From contig JAWBQF010000008.1 in assembly GCA_038845975.1 (NCBI GenBank), forward strand, positions 29,673 to 93,672: 64,000 nt of DNA, read 5' to 3'. This document shows positions 52,899 through 62,859 of the stretch, in pieces. Position numbers and translations under genes: made by a program. The notes under the pieces were generated by a model, which worked only from the letters and a program-made list of their open reading frames with translations, was not told where the DNA came from and did no database searches. Position 1 is the first letter of the stretch, and each line of letters opens with the position of its first letter. The stretch is from Candidatus Methanomethylicia archaeon (GTDB lineage: Archaea; Thermoproteota; Methanomethylicia; CALHIW01).

Positions 52899-54556
52899 TA
52901 CTCCCTAGTAGCTTCTAATAGTAGATCTTCAACTTCCCGAATACCTAGCTTAAACGCTGCCTTAGCTGAGTGAAGTATAGCTTCAAGCAGCTGTTTAATC
53001 CACGGCTTACCTAGATTAGCTAGGCTAACTACTTGGGAAACATTAATAGATGGTAGAGGCTTCTCCTCACCAGGTATTATGTAAGGTTTAATCTTACTCA
53101 GTAGCTTCACAGCCTCGTAAATATTGTTTGGCAACATATTGATAGAGTATTCAATAGTCTTAATATCATTAGCTACGAGAAGCTGGGGGCAAAGTACTGT
53201 TTTAAATGGTCCAGTATCAAGCCTATAGTCGCCTATAAATACTGCCTTATGCAAATTCATATTTACCATTCTAAATGCCCTCCATGAGCTTAACCTATCA
53301 ACAATACTACTTAAATAATTATTACCAATATCACTTAACACTTTCTTCAACTCCAATTTGTAGGCATAGTAATCTAGAGAATCCCTTCCATAAATAGCTA
53401 TTCTACTAGCAGTTCTATATACAATATCTATAGTATCCATTACAGCTTTCCAATCCACTACATCAATACTATCAGCATCAGTATGATAGTAGCTTAATAT
53501 TTCAGGTAATGAATGTATTGTTATAGCTGGAATACCGAATGAACTAAAACTATAACTGTCACAGTATGAATAGTCAAGCTCAAGCTCATATTTAACCTTC
53601 AAGCTATCAGCTATACTGGAGGTTAACCCTCTAATTTCAGGAGTACCAGCTAGTATTAATGGATAACTAGTAAATGCATCAACATTAACAACAGCAATAA
53701 CATCATTAAGCCTATTGGTTCTTCTAAGATTTTCAACATAGAATCTTGAACCGTAAGCCCAATACCAAGCTTGAAAACCCGGAGCGCCAAACTCTTCCGC
53801 TGTAAAGCTTACTAGTCTAATAGTATATGTTGTTCTCATACTTCCTAATCTTCCACCAACCTCATGGAGTAAGTATAAACTAGTAAGATTATCAGAAACT
53901 CCTGTTAGCCAGTGGTCATGATGTCCACATATAACTATGTAATCCTCTCTGGAGCCTGGAATTATAGCTTCAACATTATATCCTGTTGATTCCATAATGT
54001 ATGATTTAGATGTTAGACTAGCCCTACTTACACCATTTCTAACTAAATCTAAAACTTTAAGACCGTCCTCCCACTTAATATGAATACATGGTATTGGTGG
54101 TGGTGGACAAGGCATTTTCCTAAAGTCCCAAACACTACTAATAACTACTCTCCTAAATCTTCCTGGAGTATTATCGTAAACTATAATAGCCTGCGCACCA
54201 AGCTCGTAGGCCCTTAAATAAACTGTTTTAAGCTCATCTGGATCAGAGGGAAGCTCACATAAAACAATAGAGTCACTAACATTAGGCCATTTTAGACTTA
54301 GAGGTTTTTCAACATAGACAATTCTACCATCAACACTTGCTGAAAGTGTTGGCGGTATTGTAATAGCTTTAAGCTCAGCATCACCAATATTCATTATAGC
54401 TCCAAGATCACACCATAGATCTACAGGTACCTCCATAACCTTAACTTCTAAACCCATATTGGAAAACATCTTCCTAATAATATCTACAAGTCTACATTCA
54501 GTACTAGAGCCACTAACAACCTCACCTAGAGATACTAACAACTCTAATTCATCCAT
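52895..54556 (-). CDS. M28-family metallopeptidase with PA domain
   Basis: ICGHHDHW, DN, FTAEEFG, YHTDAD; overlaps the GNAT start. Confidence 0.85.
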   Translation of the reverse strand: MDELELLVSLGEVVSGSSTECRLVDIIRKMFSNMGLEVKVMEVPVDLWCDLGAIMNIGDAELKAITIPPTLSASVDGRIVYVEKPLSLKWPNVSDSIVLCELPSDPDELKTVYLRAYELGAQAIIVYDNTPGRFRRVVISSVWDFRKMPCPPPPIPCIHIKWEDGLKVLDLVRNGVSRASLTSKSYIMESTGYNVEAIIPGSREDYIVICGHHDHWLTGVSDNLTSLYLLHEVGGRLGSMRTTYTIRLVSFTAEEFGAPGFQAWYWAYGSRFYVENLRRTNRLNDVIAVVNVDAFTSYPLILAGTPEIRGLTSSIADSLKVKYELELDYSYCDSYSFSSFGIPAITIHSLPEILSYYHTDADSIDVVDWKAVMDTIDIVYRTASRIAIYGRDSLDYYAYKLELKKVLSDIGNNYLSSIVDRLSSWRAFRMVNMNLHKAVFIGDYRLDTGPFKTVLCPQLLVANDIKTIEYSINMLPNNIYEAVKLLSKIKPYIIPGEEKPLPSINVSQVVSLANLGKPWIKQLLEAILHSAKAAFKLGIREVEDLLLEATREY

Positions 54557-54701
54557 CCTTTAACATATACTAACAGAATTTAATAAGATTTTGTAGTTAC
54601 TTTCTAATGTTTTCTACGAATATTCTTGATCTTTTCATTATAGACTTAGTATTAGGGAATAATTCATTCTCATAATAATTCATTCTCATATTTCTATTCT
54701 A

Positions 54702-55320
54702 GGCTTACATAACTTATCTATGGTTTAAGCTAGCTTCCAATAGATACTCTATAATAGTCTTCAAGGCTTTGAAGAAGCTTATGTTAAAGCTTAGAGGTGG
54801 AATTAGCCTTATTGAATTTAAGGGTACTACCGAGGTTAATGAACTATACGTTAACGCTGGATTGAAGAGTAGGAGTAATAACATAGTATTAAGTGCTTGA
54901 ATAGAGTAGCTAGAAGGAGAGCTTTTAAGAGACATGAGTTATGGGATTACAGTAAACAACCATATTTATTCCCGTTGAAGAAAATTACATTCCATCAAGT
55001 AAAGTTAAATCTCAAAATAATAGGTAGAAAGTTTGGGGAGAATTCAACTACATACTGATAGCTTCAACTTATATCTATGTTTAAGCGAGCTAGAGTATAA
55101 ACATGAGTATGTAAACCATTCAGAATGGGTTAAAGGTAAATGCTACATAAATAGTTGCAAGAATAAACATCAATACTAAAACAATGTCCAACAATACATA
55201 TGTAATAATATAAGCCTATATTTAACAGCATTCAAACATGTAAAAAATCAAGAAGAATAAACTCAAAGAGCAATAATAGAAATCCTAACAATCCACAACA
55301 ATCTTATTAAAAAGCAGTTT
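54702..55320 (+). mobile_element. Degraded IS1595 (ISXO2-like) transposase pseudogene
   Basis: Plus-strand pieces GTTEVNELYVNAGLKSR, TDSF, YKHEYVNHSEWVKGKCYINSC; many stops; end points approximate. Confidence 0.65.
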
Positions 55321-55334
55321 TCAAATTCGAAAAT

Positions 55335-56546
55335 CTATAGCTTAATTTTCCTAGAGGGAGGTATATGTCCCCTACTTGTCTGTACAATAACGTTTACTAA
55401 ACCTTGATCTTCAAGTATCTTCTTCACCTTAACCATTTCCATTACAGATGGTCTCTCTATATTTCTCCTTCTAAATACTGGGAAGTAATCCAATACTGTA
55501 ACCTGAAGATTTGGATTTATAGAGTATATTTTAGCTCCTATTTCAGTAAGTTCACTAACTGTCATCCATGCCTTATTGTAGGCTATACCAACACCAATAT
55601 ATACTCTATCCATATACCTACTGGCTAAATATTCTAAAGCCATCCATGAAGTATTAAGATATTTTCTAGCTAAATCTTGATTATGAATACCTGTTATCTC
55701 CATGTATGTATTTAATCTTAAAGCTTTAGGTTCAACACCTATATTATTACATCCAGATTCAACAAGTTCATCTATATATTCTGGAGATAGTAATGTACCG
55801 TTACTATCAAGATGAAGCCTTTTATTCGGATTTAATCTCTTCAGCTCTCTAAAGAATTCTACTAGCCATTCTCTATTCAATGTAGGCTCTCCACCACTTA
55901 TAGCTAACCCTCTAGTTTTATATGTTTGTGAACATAATGTTAATACTTCAGCAGCTTCTCTAGGTGTTAAGGATGTAGATACATTATCATATGTTACACT
56001 ATAATTCTGGCATTGAGGACAACGTAGATTACAACCTGCAACCCATATTGCTGCTTCAACATAGTGAACTCCATCAACCTCCCACCATGGAGTAGCCTTA
56101 CCGCCAACAATATGAGGATCTGGACCATGAACAATTCTTCTAGGAGTAGTAGATCCTATATTTGTTTCAATTCTTATACCATCCCTAATAGGTGTTATGC
56201 AGCTTCTCTTAGGCTCACCATCCACTAAAACCATACATGTCCAGCATCCACCAATTCTACAAGCTAAAGATAAACCTCTAAACCCTAAATCACTAAACCT
56301 AAAACCTATAAGTTCAAGTGCTCTAGCTATAGTTATATTGGAGGGAAAACGGTAATCAACACCATCAATAGTAACCTTAACCTCTCCTTCAGCTTCAGAC
56401 TTAACAAGTATTCTAGCTTCATAAGGGCATGCATAATAGCATGCAAGACATCCACTACATTGAGGACTTGAAAAACACCTTGCAACTACACTACAAAAAT
56501 TACATCTTCTACATCTACTAGAATCAATAACAACCCTAAACATCAA
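55335..56546 (-). CDS. Radical SAM protein with N-terminal 4Fe-4S ferredoxin-like and 2Fe-2S domains
   Basis: CRRCNFC/CSGCLACYYACP, CRIGGCWTC...SC, GCNLRCPQCQN, SGGEPT. Confidence 0.85.
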   Translation of the reverse strand: MMFRVVIDSSRCRRCNFCSVVARCFSSPQCSGCLACYYACPYEARILVKSEAEGEVKVTIDGVDYRFPSNITIARALELIGFRFSDLGFRGLSLACRIGGCWTCMVLVDGEPKRSCITPIRDGIRIETNIGSTTPRRIVHGPDPHIVGGKATPWWEVDGVHYVEAAIWVAGCNLRCPQCQNYSVTYDNVSTSLTPREAAEVLTLCSQTYKTRGLAISGGEPTLNREWLVEFFRELKRLNPNKRLHLDSNGTLLSPEYIDELVESGCNNIGVEPKALRLNTYMEITGIHNQDLARKYLNTSWMALEYLASRYMDRVYIGVGIAYNKAWMTVSELTEIGAKIYSINPNLQVTVLDYFPVFRRRNIERPSVMEMVKVKKILEDQGLVNVIVQTSRGHIPPSRKIKL

Positions 56547-56607
56547 TACCTATATTATAAACCTAATATTTAAGCTAACATCAACTTGAAATCATTTAGA
56601 ATAATGT

Positions 56608-57816
56608 CTAAATATAATTAGCTAAATAGATAATGGTAGCCATAGATGAAAAAGCTAGAATTATAATAGCTGGAACAATATATGTGTAAGTATCGGTTAA
56701 CTTAACCTTATAATACTCACTTGATAATACAAGACATAAATGGAGAGGAGAAGCTAAATAGCCTAGAACTGAGCCGGCATATATTAATGATACATTAGCT
56801 GATGTTAAAGTAGTTATCCCCTGAACTATAGGGATAGATAAACCAATAGATGTTAGAGGTGAGCCGGTAATAAAGCCAATTATTATGGGGAGAACAATAC
56901 CGATAACATATTCGGGAATACCTAGAATACTTAGAGCTTTAGCTATCGATATGGAAACATTAAGTGAGGATATAGTAATACTGAAAACCATTAACCCTAA
57001 AGTAGCTAAAATAAAGTTTTGAAGCCCACATCTAAAGATAACATGTTTAAGATCATTTATACCGCCTCTACCGATAATTAGCGAGATAATAATACCAGCT
57101 AGAACAGGTAGATACCTAGGAATGTTAAGAAGAAAGGTTAATAGAACAACAATAAGAATTGGTGAGGTACATACTAAGAAATCTTTAAACATATTTTTAC
57201 TCCTATCTATTCTAAACCTCTTAATACCCCTCATCGAGAACATGTAACCCAATACTATTGAGATGATAAATATTGGAGCCATATACATAATGATGGATAA
57301 AATTGAAATACCTGTTAAGCCTGAGATCATGACTATAGCAGGTGTTAATGGATATATGAAGAAAATAACATGTCTAAACCAGACATTAATAAATGTCTTC
57401 ATCCTAGAATTAATATTAACATGACTACCAGCAATATCTACTATTGGAGCTGAAAACAAGGCTCCACCATATGTTGGAAGCATACCTAAAAGAGCTGGAC
57501 CAATAATCATGATAAGCCTAATATCACCTAAAATACTTTTAAGACCATTCATAAGCCTACTAATAATATTAAGTTTCTGCATAAGAAAGCCTAGAATAGT
57601 TATGAATGTAACAGTTAAAGTAACTTCAATAGTTCTCAAATCAATAATAGATTTAAATAGAAGCATTAAAGCATCAAAAAAGGGTAGAAATGAAAAGCAA
57701 AGTATAGCAGCTCCTACAATAGCAGATAAACCAATATTAACCTGTCTATAACTAAGAACAATAACAATAATCATAGATAATAGCAACAATAAAACATCTA
57801 TAGATAACATAACCAT
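56608..57816 (-). CDS. DUF401-family membrane protein
   Basis: PALLGMLPTYGGALFSAP, NVWFRH, SPLHLCLVLSSEY. Confidence 0.85.
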   Translation of the reverse strand: MVMLSIDVLLLLLSMIIVIVLSYRQVNIGLSAIVGAAILCFSFLPFFDALMLLFKSIIDLRTIEVTLTVTFITILGFLMQKLNIISRLMNGLKSILGDIRLIMIIGPALLGMLPTYGGALFSAPIVDIAGSHVNINSRMKTFINVWFRHVIFFIYPLTPAIVMISGLTGISILSIIMYMAPIFIISIVLGYMFSMRGIKRFRIDRSKNMFKDFLVCTSPILIVVLLTFLLNIPRYLPVLAGIIISLIIGRGGINDLKHVIFRCGLQNFILATLGLMVFSITISSLNVSISIAKALSILGIPEYVIGIVLPIIIGFITGSPLTSIGLSIPIVQGITTLTSANVSLIYAGSVLGYLASPLHLCLVLSSEYYKVKLTDTYTYIVPAIIILAFSSMATIIYLANYI

Positions 57817-57858
57817 CCTAAAAGTAGGAGATAATTTAAACCTTACTGTAGCTTCAAG

Positions 57859-58049
57859 GGCCTTGTTAACTTAAGCATTTTATCACCTCTATTTTGGTAT
57901 TGTATCTTCTATGAATTCTTAGCTTTTATTTTCCTGTTAATCCATGTTTCGTTCAGTATGTATATTATTGATTTTATAAGCATTAATGCATACTCATTAT
58001 CACATTTATCCTTCATACACGGTATATAATTATCGAATAGCTTAGTTCT
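57859..58049 (-). mobile_element. Terminal fragment of the IS6-family element
   Basis: Starts with GGCCTTGTTAACTT, matches about the first 190 bp of copies A/B, and stops abruptly at a hairpin. Confidence 0.8.
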
Positions 58050-58080
58050 TAGTGTATTAAGAAAGCCTTAATACACTAAG
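58048..58080. repeat. Perfect 14-bp inverted repeat with 5-nt spacer
   Basis: CTTAGTGTATTAAG-AAAGC-CTTAATACACTAAG. Confidence 0.85.
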
Positions 58081-58098
58081 CTGCTACATCCCCCTAGA

Positions 58099-58828
58099 GG
58101 CTTTGTTAACTTTAGATTTATTTGGGAGTTCTCTCCCTTATTTATGGTGTTAGTATGTCTAAAGTTGTTAAGTTTGTTAGGGAGAGAACTCCATTTATTC
58201 TAGTTGTTTATGGTGCTTATATATGTTTTCGTTCATGTTCATCTAGGATGGCTTCAGATATTCTAAGCTTCATTATTGTTAGGAGTTATTCTATATTATC
58301 GTGGTTTAGATATTTAAGCTTCCTATTTGAATTTGATAGGAGGGATGTTAGGATCGTTATGGTTGATGATACTATTATAAGTGTAGGTTCTAAGAGTAAG
58401 GCTGTTTATGTTGCATTCGAGCCATTATTAAGAAGGATTCTATATGTATGGGTTTGTGATGTTGCAACATGCTTACATCTCTAACATTCCTTAAAAGATT
58501 AGAGCTATCTATGGTTCAAATATAGTTGTATTAAGTGATGGAGCTCAATATTATAAAGCATCATGTAAAATATTAAAATTAAAACATGAACTGTATAGTT
58601 TAGAAGTTAAGAATCTAATGGAGAGAATAATACAGTTAAGGATAGAACTAAGCTATTCGATAATTATATACCGTGTATGAAGGATAAATGCGGTGATGAG
58701 CATGCATTAATGCTTATGAAGTCAATAGCATACATACTAAACAAACATGGATAAGGAAGATAAAAGCTAAGAATTCATAGAAAACAAAGCCAAAATAGAG
58801 GTGATAAAATGCTTAAGTTAACAAGGCC
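58099..58828 (+). mobile_element. Defective IS6-family element, copy C
   Basis: TIRs GGCTTTGTTAACTT / AAGTTAACAAGGCC; CCCTAGA directly repeated on both flanks; ORF fragment 58122..58484. Confidence 0.9.
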
Positions 58829-58875
58829 CCCTAGAATACATAAGTTTTAAATATATGTGTTTCCAATATTAGTTT

Positions 58876-59538
58876 ATGGTTATTGAAATTGATGATTTAA
58901 CTCGTAGACGTGTTACTAATATATTTAAGATTTTAAAATCTCCTGTTAAAATCTACCTCTTCACAACAACTATGCACTGTCTATACTGTAATGAAGTCGA
59001 GGGAATAGTTAATATTATTAGTAGTTTATCACCTCTCATATCTGTTGAGAAGTGTACATGTAGTATAGATCATCCTCAAGCACGTAGATTTAGAATTGAT
59101 AAGCATCCAGCTATAGTTATACATGGTGAAAAGGAGTTTAATATTAGATATTTCGGCTTACCTGTAGGCTATGAGTTTGGGGTTGTTATTGATAGTATTG
59201 TTGCAGCATCTACAGGTATGGTTAAGCTTCCTCCCAACATAGTTGATCTAGTTAAGAATATAAGTATACCTATACATATTCAGGTATTTGTAACTCCAAC
59301 CTGTCCATACTGTCCATCTGTAGCTAAGACAGCATATAGCTTTGCAGTATTAAACCAAAATATAACAGCTGATGTTATTGAAGCAACAGAGTTTCCTGAA
59401 TTATCTAGACGTTACGGTGTTTATGCTGTTCCTAAAACAGTTGTAAATGATGTTGTAGAGTTTGAAGGTGCTGTTCCAACTGATATATTTCTAAGACATG
59501 TAATGAGAGCTACTGATCTTGCTGGTAGGAGGGATTAG
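58876..59538 (+). CDS. Protein disulfide oxidoreductase (PDO, two thioredoxin folds)
   Basis: CLYC and CPYC motifs, GLPVGYEF, YGVYAVPK, FEGAVP. Confidence 0.92.
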   Translation: MVIEIDDLTRRRVTNIFKILKSPVKIYLFTTTMHCLYCNEVEGIVNIISSLSPLISVEKCTCSIDHPQARRFRIDKHPAIVIHGEKEFNIRYFGLPVGYEFGVVIDSIVAASTGMVKLPPNIVDLVKNISIPIHIQVFVTPTCPYCPSVAKTAYSFAVLNQNITADVIEATEFPELSRRYGVYAVPKTVVNDVVEFEGAVPTDIFLRHVMRATDLAGRRD

Positions 59539-59541
59539 TTA

Positions 59542-60468
59542 ATGTCTATATTTCTATCCGAGAAACCTCTTTACGATGTTGTAATTATTGGAGCTGGACC
59601 TGCTGGCTTAACAGCTGGAATATATTGTGCAAACATGGGTTTTAAAACATTAGTTATTGAGGGTTCATCTCCATCAAGACTACAGCTAGCAGGACAAATA
59701 CATAATTATCCAGGCTTCCCAGATGGAATTTCAGGTTCTGAACTTTTAAACAGGATAAGAATTCAAGCATTAAATGCTGGAGCTGAACTAAGAAGAGGAG
59801 ATGTGGTAGCTATTGATCTTCTTAGTCCAGTAAAAACAGTAATAACTAGAACTGAAAGCATAACTACATTTACAGTTATAATAGCTGTCGGTTTAGGGAA
59901 GCGTAAGCTAAATATTGAGGGAGAAGATAGGCTTCTAGGTTTAGGTGTTTCATACTGTGCCTTATGTGATGGCCCACTATATAAAGGTAAAACTGTAGCT
60001 CTAGTTAGTGATGAGCTTTCTGAAGATCTATTAAGTCTTAGCAGGCTTGCTTCTAAAATATACTTTATACCATTAAAGCCATTAGGAGGCGTAAGTGGAC
60101 TACCAGATAATGTTGAAGTTATCAATGTAAAAGTTAAGGCTATTAATGGAGTTAATAAAGTTGAAGGATTAAGAATTATTAAAAATGGTGTTGAGGAAAT
60201 ACTTCAAGTTGATGGTGTATTCATATCAACTCAAACTATTCCATTTACAAGTATTATTGCAAAAAGCGGCGTTGAAGTTGATGAAAGAGGCTGCATTAAG
60301 GTTGGTAAAGACATGACTACAAATATCGAGGGAGTATATGCAGCCGGAGACTGTACATGTGGAGGTATGCAGGTAGCGGTAGCCGTAGGGCAAGGAGCTC
60401 TAGCAGCAATAAGAGCTATAGCCTACATTCACGAACAACAGAAAGAATTGAAATCACTAATAATATAG
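59542..60468 (+). CDS. trxB: Thioredoxin reductase-like flavoprotein
   Basis: IIGAGPAG, NYPGFP, GVSYCALCDG, VYAAGD; co-oriented with PDO. Confidence 0.85.
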   Translation: MSIFLSEKPLYDVVIIGAGPAGLTAGIYCANMGFKTLVIEGSSPSRLQLAGQIHNYPGFPDGISGSELLNRIRIQALNAGAELRRGDVVAIDLLSPVKTVITRTESITTFTVIIAVGLGKRKLNIEGEDRLLGLGVSYCALCDGPLYKGKTVALVSDELSEDLLSLSRLASKIYFIPLKPLGGVSGLPDNVEVINVKVKAINGVNKVEGLRIIKNGVEEILQVDGVFISTQTIPFTSIIAKSGVEVDERGCIKVGKDMTTNIEGVYAAGDCTCGGMQVAVAVGQGALAAIRAIAYIHEQQKELKSLII

Positions 60469-60630
60469 TCGGATTTTAAAGCCATAAATCCATCAATTTC
60501 ACATAATCTTTACTTTACAGTATAATACTGAAAGTATTTTGAAAATACATTAATATTAGAGACTTTACGAGAAACATAATCGATAAATACCATTACATCA
60601 CAGATAGTTTTTGATATTCAAGTTTATTAT

Positions 60631-60743
60631 GAACTCATTGCAAAACTCCAGAGTTTAAACATGCTAACAATCTTCTTACGATACTATTCTAACATGTAGA
60701 ATTAAACCGTTAAATCTTGGTAGTAGGTTTTTGCAATGACTTC
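60631..60743. mobile_element. 113-bp MITE
   Basis: TIRs GAACTCATTGCAAAAC / GTTTTTGCAATGACTTC, TAT on both flanks; related sequence at ~62590-62706 and from 63848. Confidence 0.65.
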
Positions 60744-60978
60744 TATGAGAAGAGCTATACATTCCATATTGTTATGTTTAAATTTAAGCTTCTACTCGAT
60801 TTTAATGAAAAATGTTGGGATTATTATGGTTGTAATGTAGTGAATATATGTTTAGACAGGATAATGTATGATAGAGGTTAACTTCTATCAATTAATCTAG
60901 AAGTTATGGGCATGACCATTCCTACAGGAATACGTTATAATATGGGATCCAGATTATTTCTGTAGGTATGGAGTAAAT

Positions 60979-62292
60979 TTATATTATTAATGAGTTTTGT
61001 GATATTAACTGTTTAAGTTCTAAGATTTTTATACCTTCTATTTCCTCTTCACTTTTCTCCGGTACTACGAAGTAGCTTTGAGGATTTTTAAGGTTTAACT
61101 TACTAGCTAGAATATCTACTTTACCTTTAAACTTTATTACATCAGATGAATCTATTCTTCCTGTTTTACACTCGAAGAATATTGTTTTCTCATTACCTAT
61201 TGCCACTACATCTACTTCATTTCCCTCCCTATCCCAGTAAGTTCCAACTTTATATCCTTGAAGTGTTTTTGAGAGAATGGATAAGCATATTTTTTCAAAT
61301 ATTTTACCTATGTATGATTGAAGTTCCTTGATTATCTTGTTTAATACGTACTCCTCCTGTCTTAACTCTATGTTTAACGTATTTGGGTGTATGAATCTCA
61401 TGTAGAATTGGAAGAAGTTATCTTTAAACCCATATCTAGGTATATCCTTCCTTAATATGCTTGTTTCACGTTCTATTAACATCAGCTTTTCTAGAATTAA
61501 TAAATACTTTTTTAGTTTATGTCTCTCTAGACCGGTATAGTCTGATATTTCTTTTAGAGTTGCTTTCCCCATGCTTATTGCTTCAAGTATTTCAAGATAT
61601 CTAGATGGATCCCTTAACTCCGCTGCTAATAGTCTTTCAACCTCTTCGTATAATGGTGCTCCTGGTTTTAGGAATAAGCTTCTAATATTTTCCTCTAATG
61701 TCCTAGATTTGTCATATAGCATTAAGTAGTGTGGTGTACCTCCTAAAATGGAATAAATCTTTACGTTATCCTCCTCTCTTCCTCCAAATATTTCTCTTAC
61801 AGTCTTATAATCGAATCCATCCATTCTAATAATTCTCGTCGACCGACCATAGAGTGGACCTAAATAGCTAATATCCCGCTCAACCATTCCAATAGTTGAG
61901 CCTAATAATAAAAGCTTAACCTTACTTTTTCCTGAACTAGCATCCCAATGATACTGTATTCTAGGTGAAAGCTTTCTAGATATTCTCTGATATTCATCTA
62001 ATACTAGAAGCCTATTCTCACTACCAAATTCTAAGAAAACATAATCTAGGAAATCATCTATGGAATGAAATGTTTTACTCATAACATTTGAAGCATCTAT
62101 TAAAAACCTTTGGATACTGGAACCCTCAACATAAATATAGGTGCCCGGATACTTCTCAAGAAGCTTTCTTGAAAGAACTGTTTTCCCAATTCTCCTACGA
62201 CCATAAATAATTATTAACTCAGCTCTTTCTGAGGATAGTGCTTCTCGTAGAATGGAGAGTTCTATTTCTCTATTATAAAAGGGTATACTCAT
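60979..62292 (-). CDS. Archaeal AAA-type ATPase with wHTH and C-terminal DUF234/PD-(D/E)xK-like domain
   Basis: FYNREIEL, YGRRRIGKT, LDEYQ, LYGR, GGTPHYL, DNFFQFY, EVDVV...FECK. Confidence 0.9.
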   Translation of the reverse strand: MSIPFYNREIELSILREALSSERAELIIIYGRRRIGKTVLSRKLLEKYPGTYIYVEGSSIQRFLIDASNVMSKTFHSIDDFLDYVFLEFGSENRLLVLDEYQRISRKLSPRIQYHWDASSGKSKVKLLLLGSTIGMVERDISYLGPLYGRSTRIIRMDGFDYKTVREIFGGREEDNVKIYSILGGTPHYLMLYDKSRTLEENIRSLFLKPGAPLYEEVERLLAAELRDPSRYLEILEAISMGKATLKEISDYTGLERHKLKKYLLILEKLMLIERETSILRKDIPRYGFKDNFFQFYMRFIHPNTLNIELRQEEYVLNKIIKELQSYIGKIFEKICLSILSKTLQGYKVGTYWDREGNEVDVVAIGNEKTIFFECKTGRIDSSDVIKFKGKVDILASKLNLKNPQSYFVVPEKSEEEIEGIKILELKQLISQNSLII

Positions 62293-62316
62293 AAGTATTA
62301 TACTTATGAGTATACC
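62282..62316. promoter_or_regulatory. 35-bp palindrome overlapping the ATPase start codon (putative operator)
   Basis: GGTATACTCATAAGTAT-T-ATACTTATGAGTATACC; a minus-strand TTTATATA box lies directly upstream (~62317-62324). Confidence 0.6.
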
Positions 62317-62589
62317 TATATAAACCTTCCTAAAACTAAATCTGCCTTATGGACTTAAGCCATCAATTATATATGCTTCTCATATCTAAACCTGGACTAC
62401 ATCAATAAGCAAATGAGTCATACTCTGAAAACCATAAATAAACACAGCCTTATGTTAAACAGTAATAAATTCAATAATACCTAATTAACTCTAGGCCTAC
62501 CAGTTCTAACCCTAAAAGGAAGTGAAAATCTAATAAATACCTAATCACTAGCTCACAAACTCCATACACAACCAAAAATAAGAAATAAC

Positions 62590-62706
62590 CTTGAAATAAC
62601 TTCTGAAAACGTGTCCTCTTAGAATTTAAACATATTAATAACCACAATACTATTCTAACATGTAGAATTTAACCAGTTAAACCTTAGAGGGTTTCGCGAT
62701 GACTTC
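62590..62706. mobile_element. Degraded copy of the 60631 MITE
   Basis: Shares TACTATTCTAACATGTAGAATT and the right end ...ATGACTTC; left end uncertain. Confidence 0.55.
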
Positions 62707-62859
62707 ATTATCAATAAATTACAGGATTTATAATTCATTATGAAAACATTATTGTTTACCTAATATAGAAACCGTAAAATTAGTGGAGTTGATAGAAACT
62801 TATTAGGTATAATTGTTTTTCAATAGTTAATTATATGTGCTGCTACGTGTATTAGTTTT

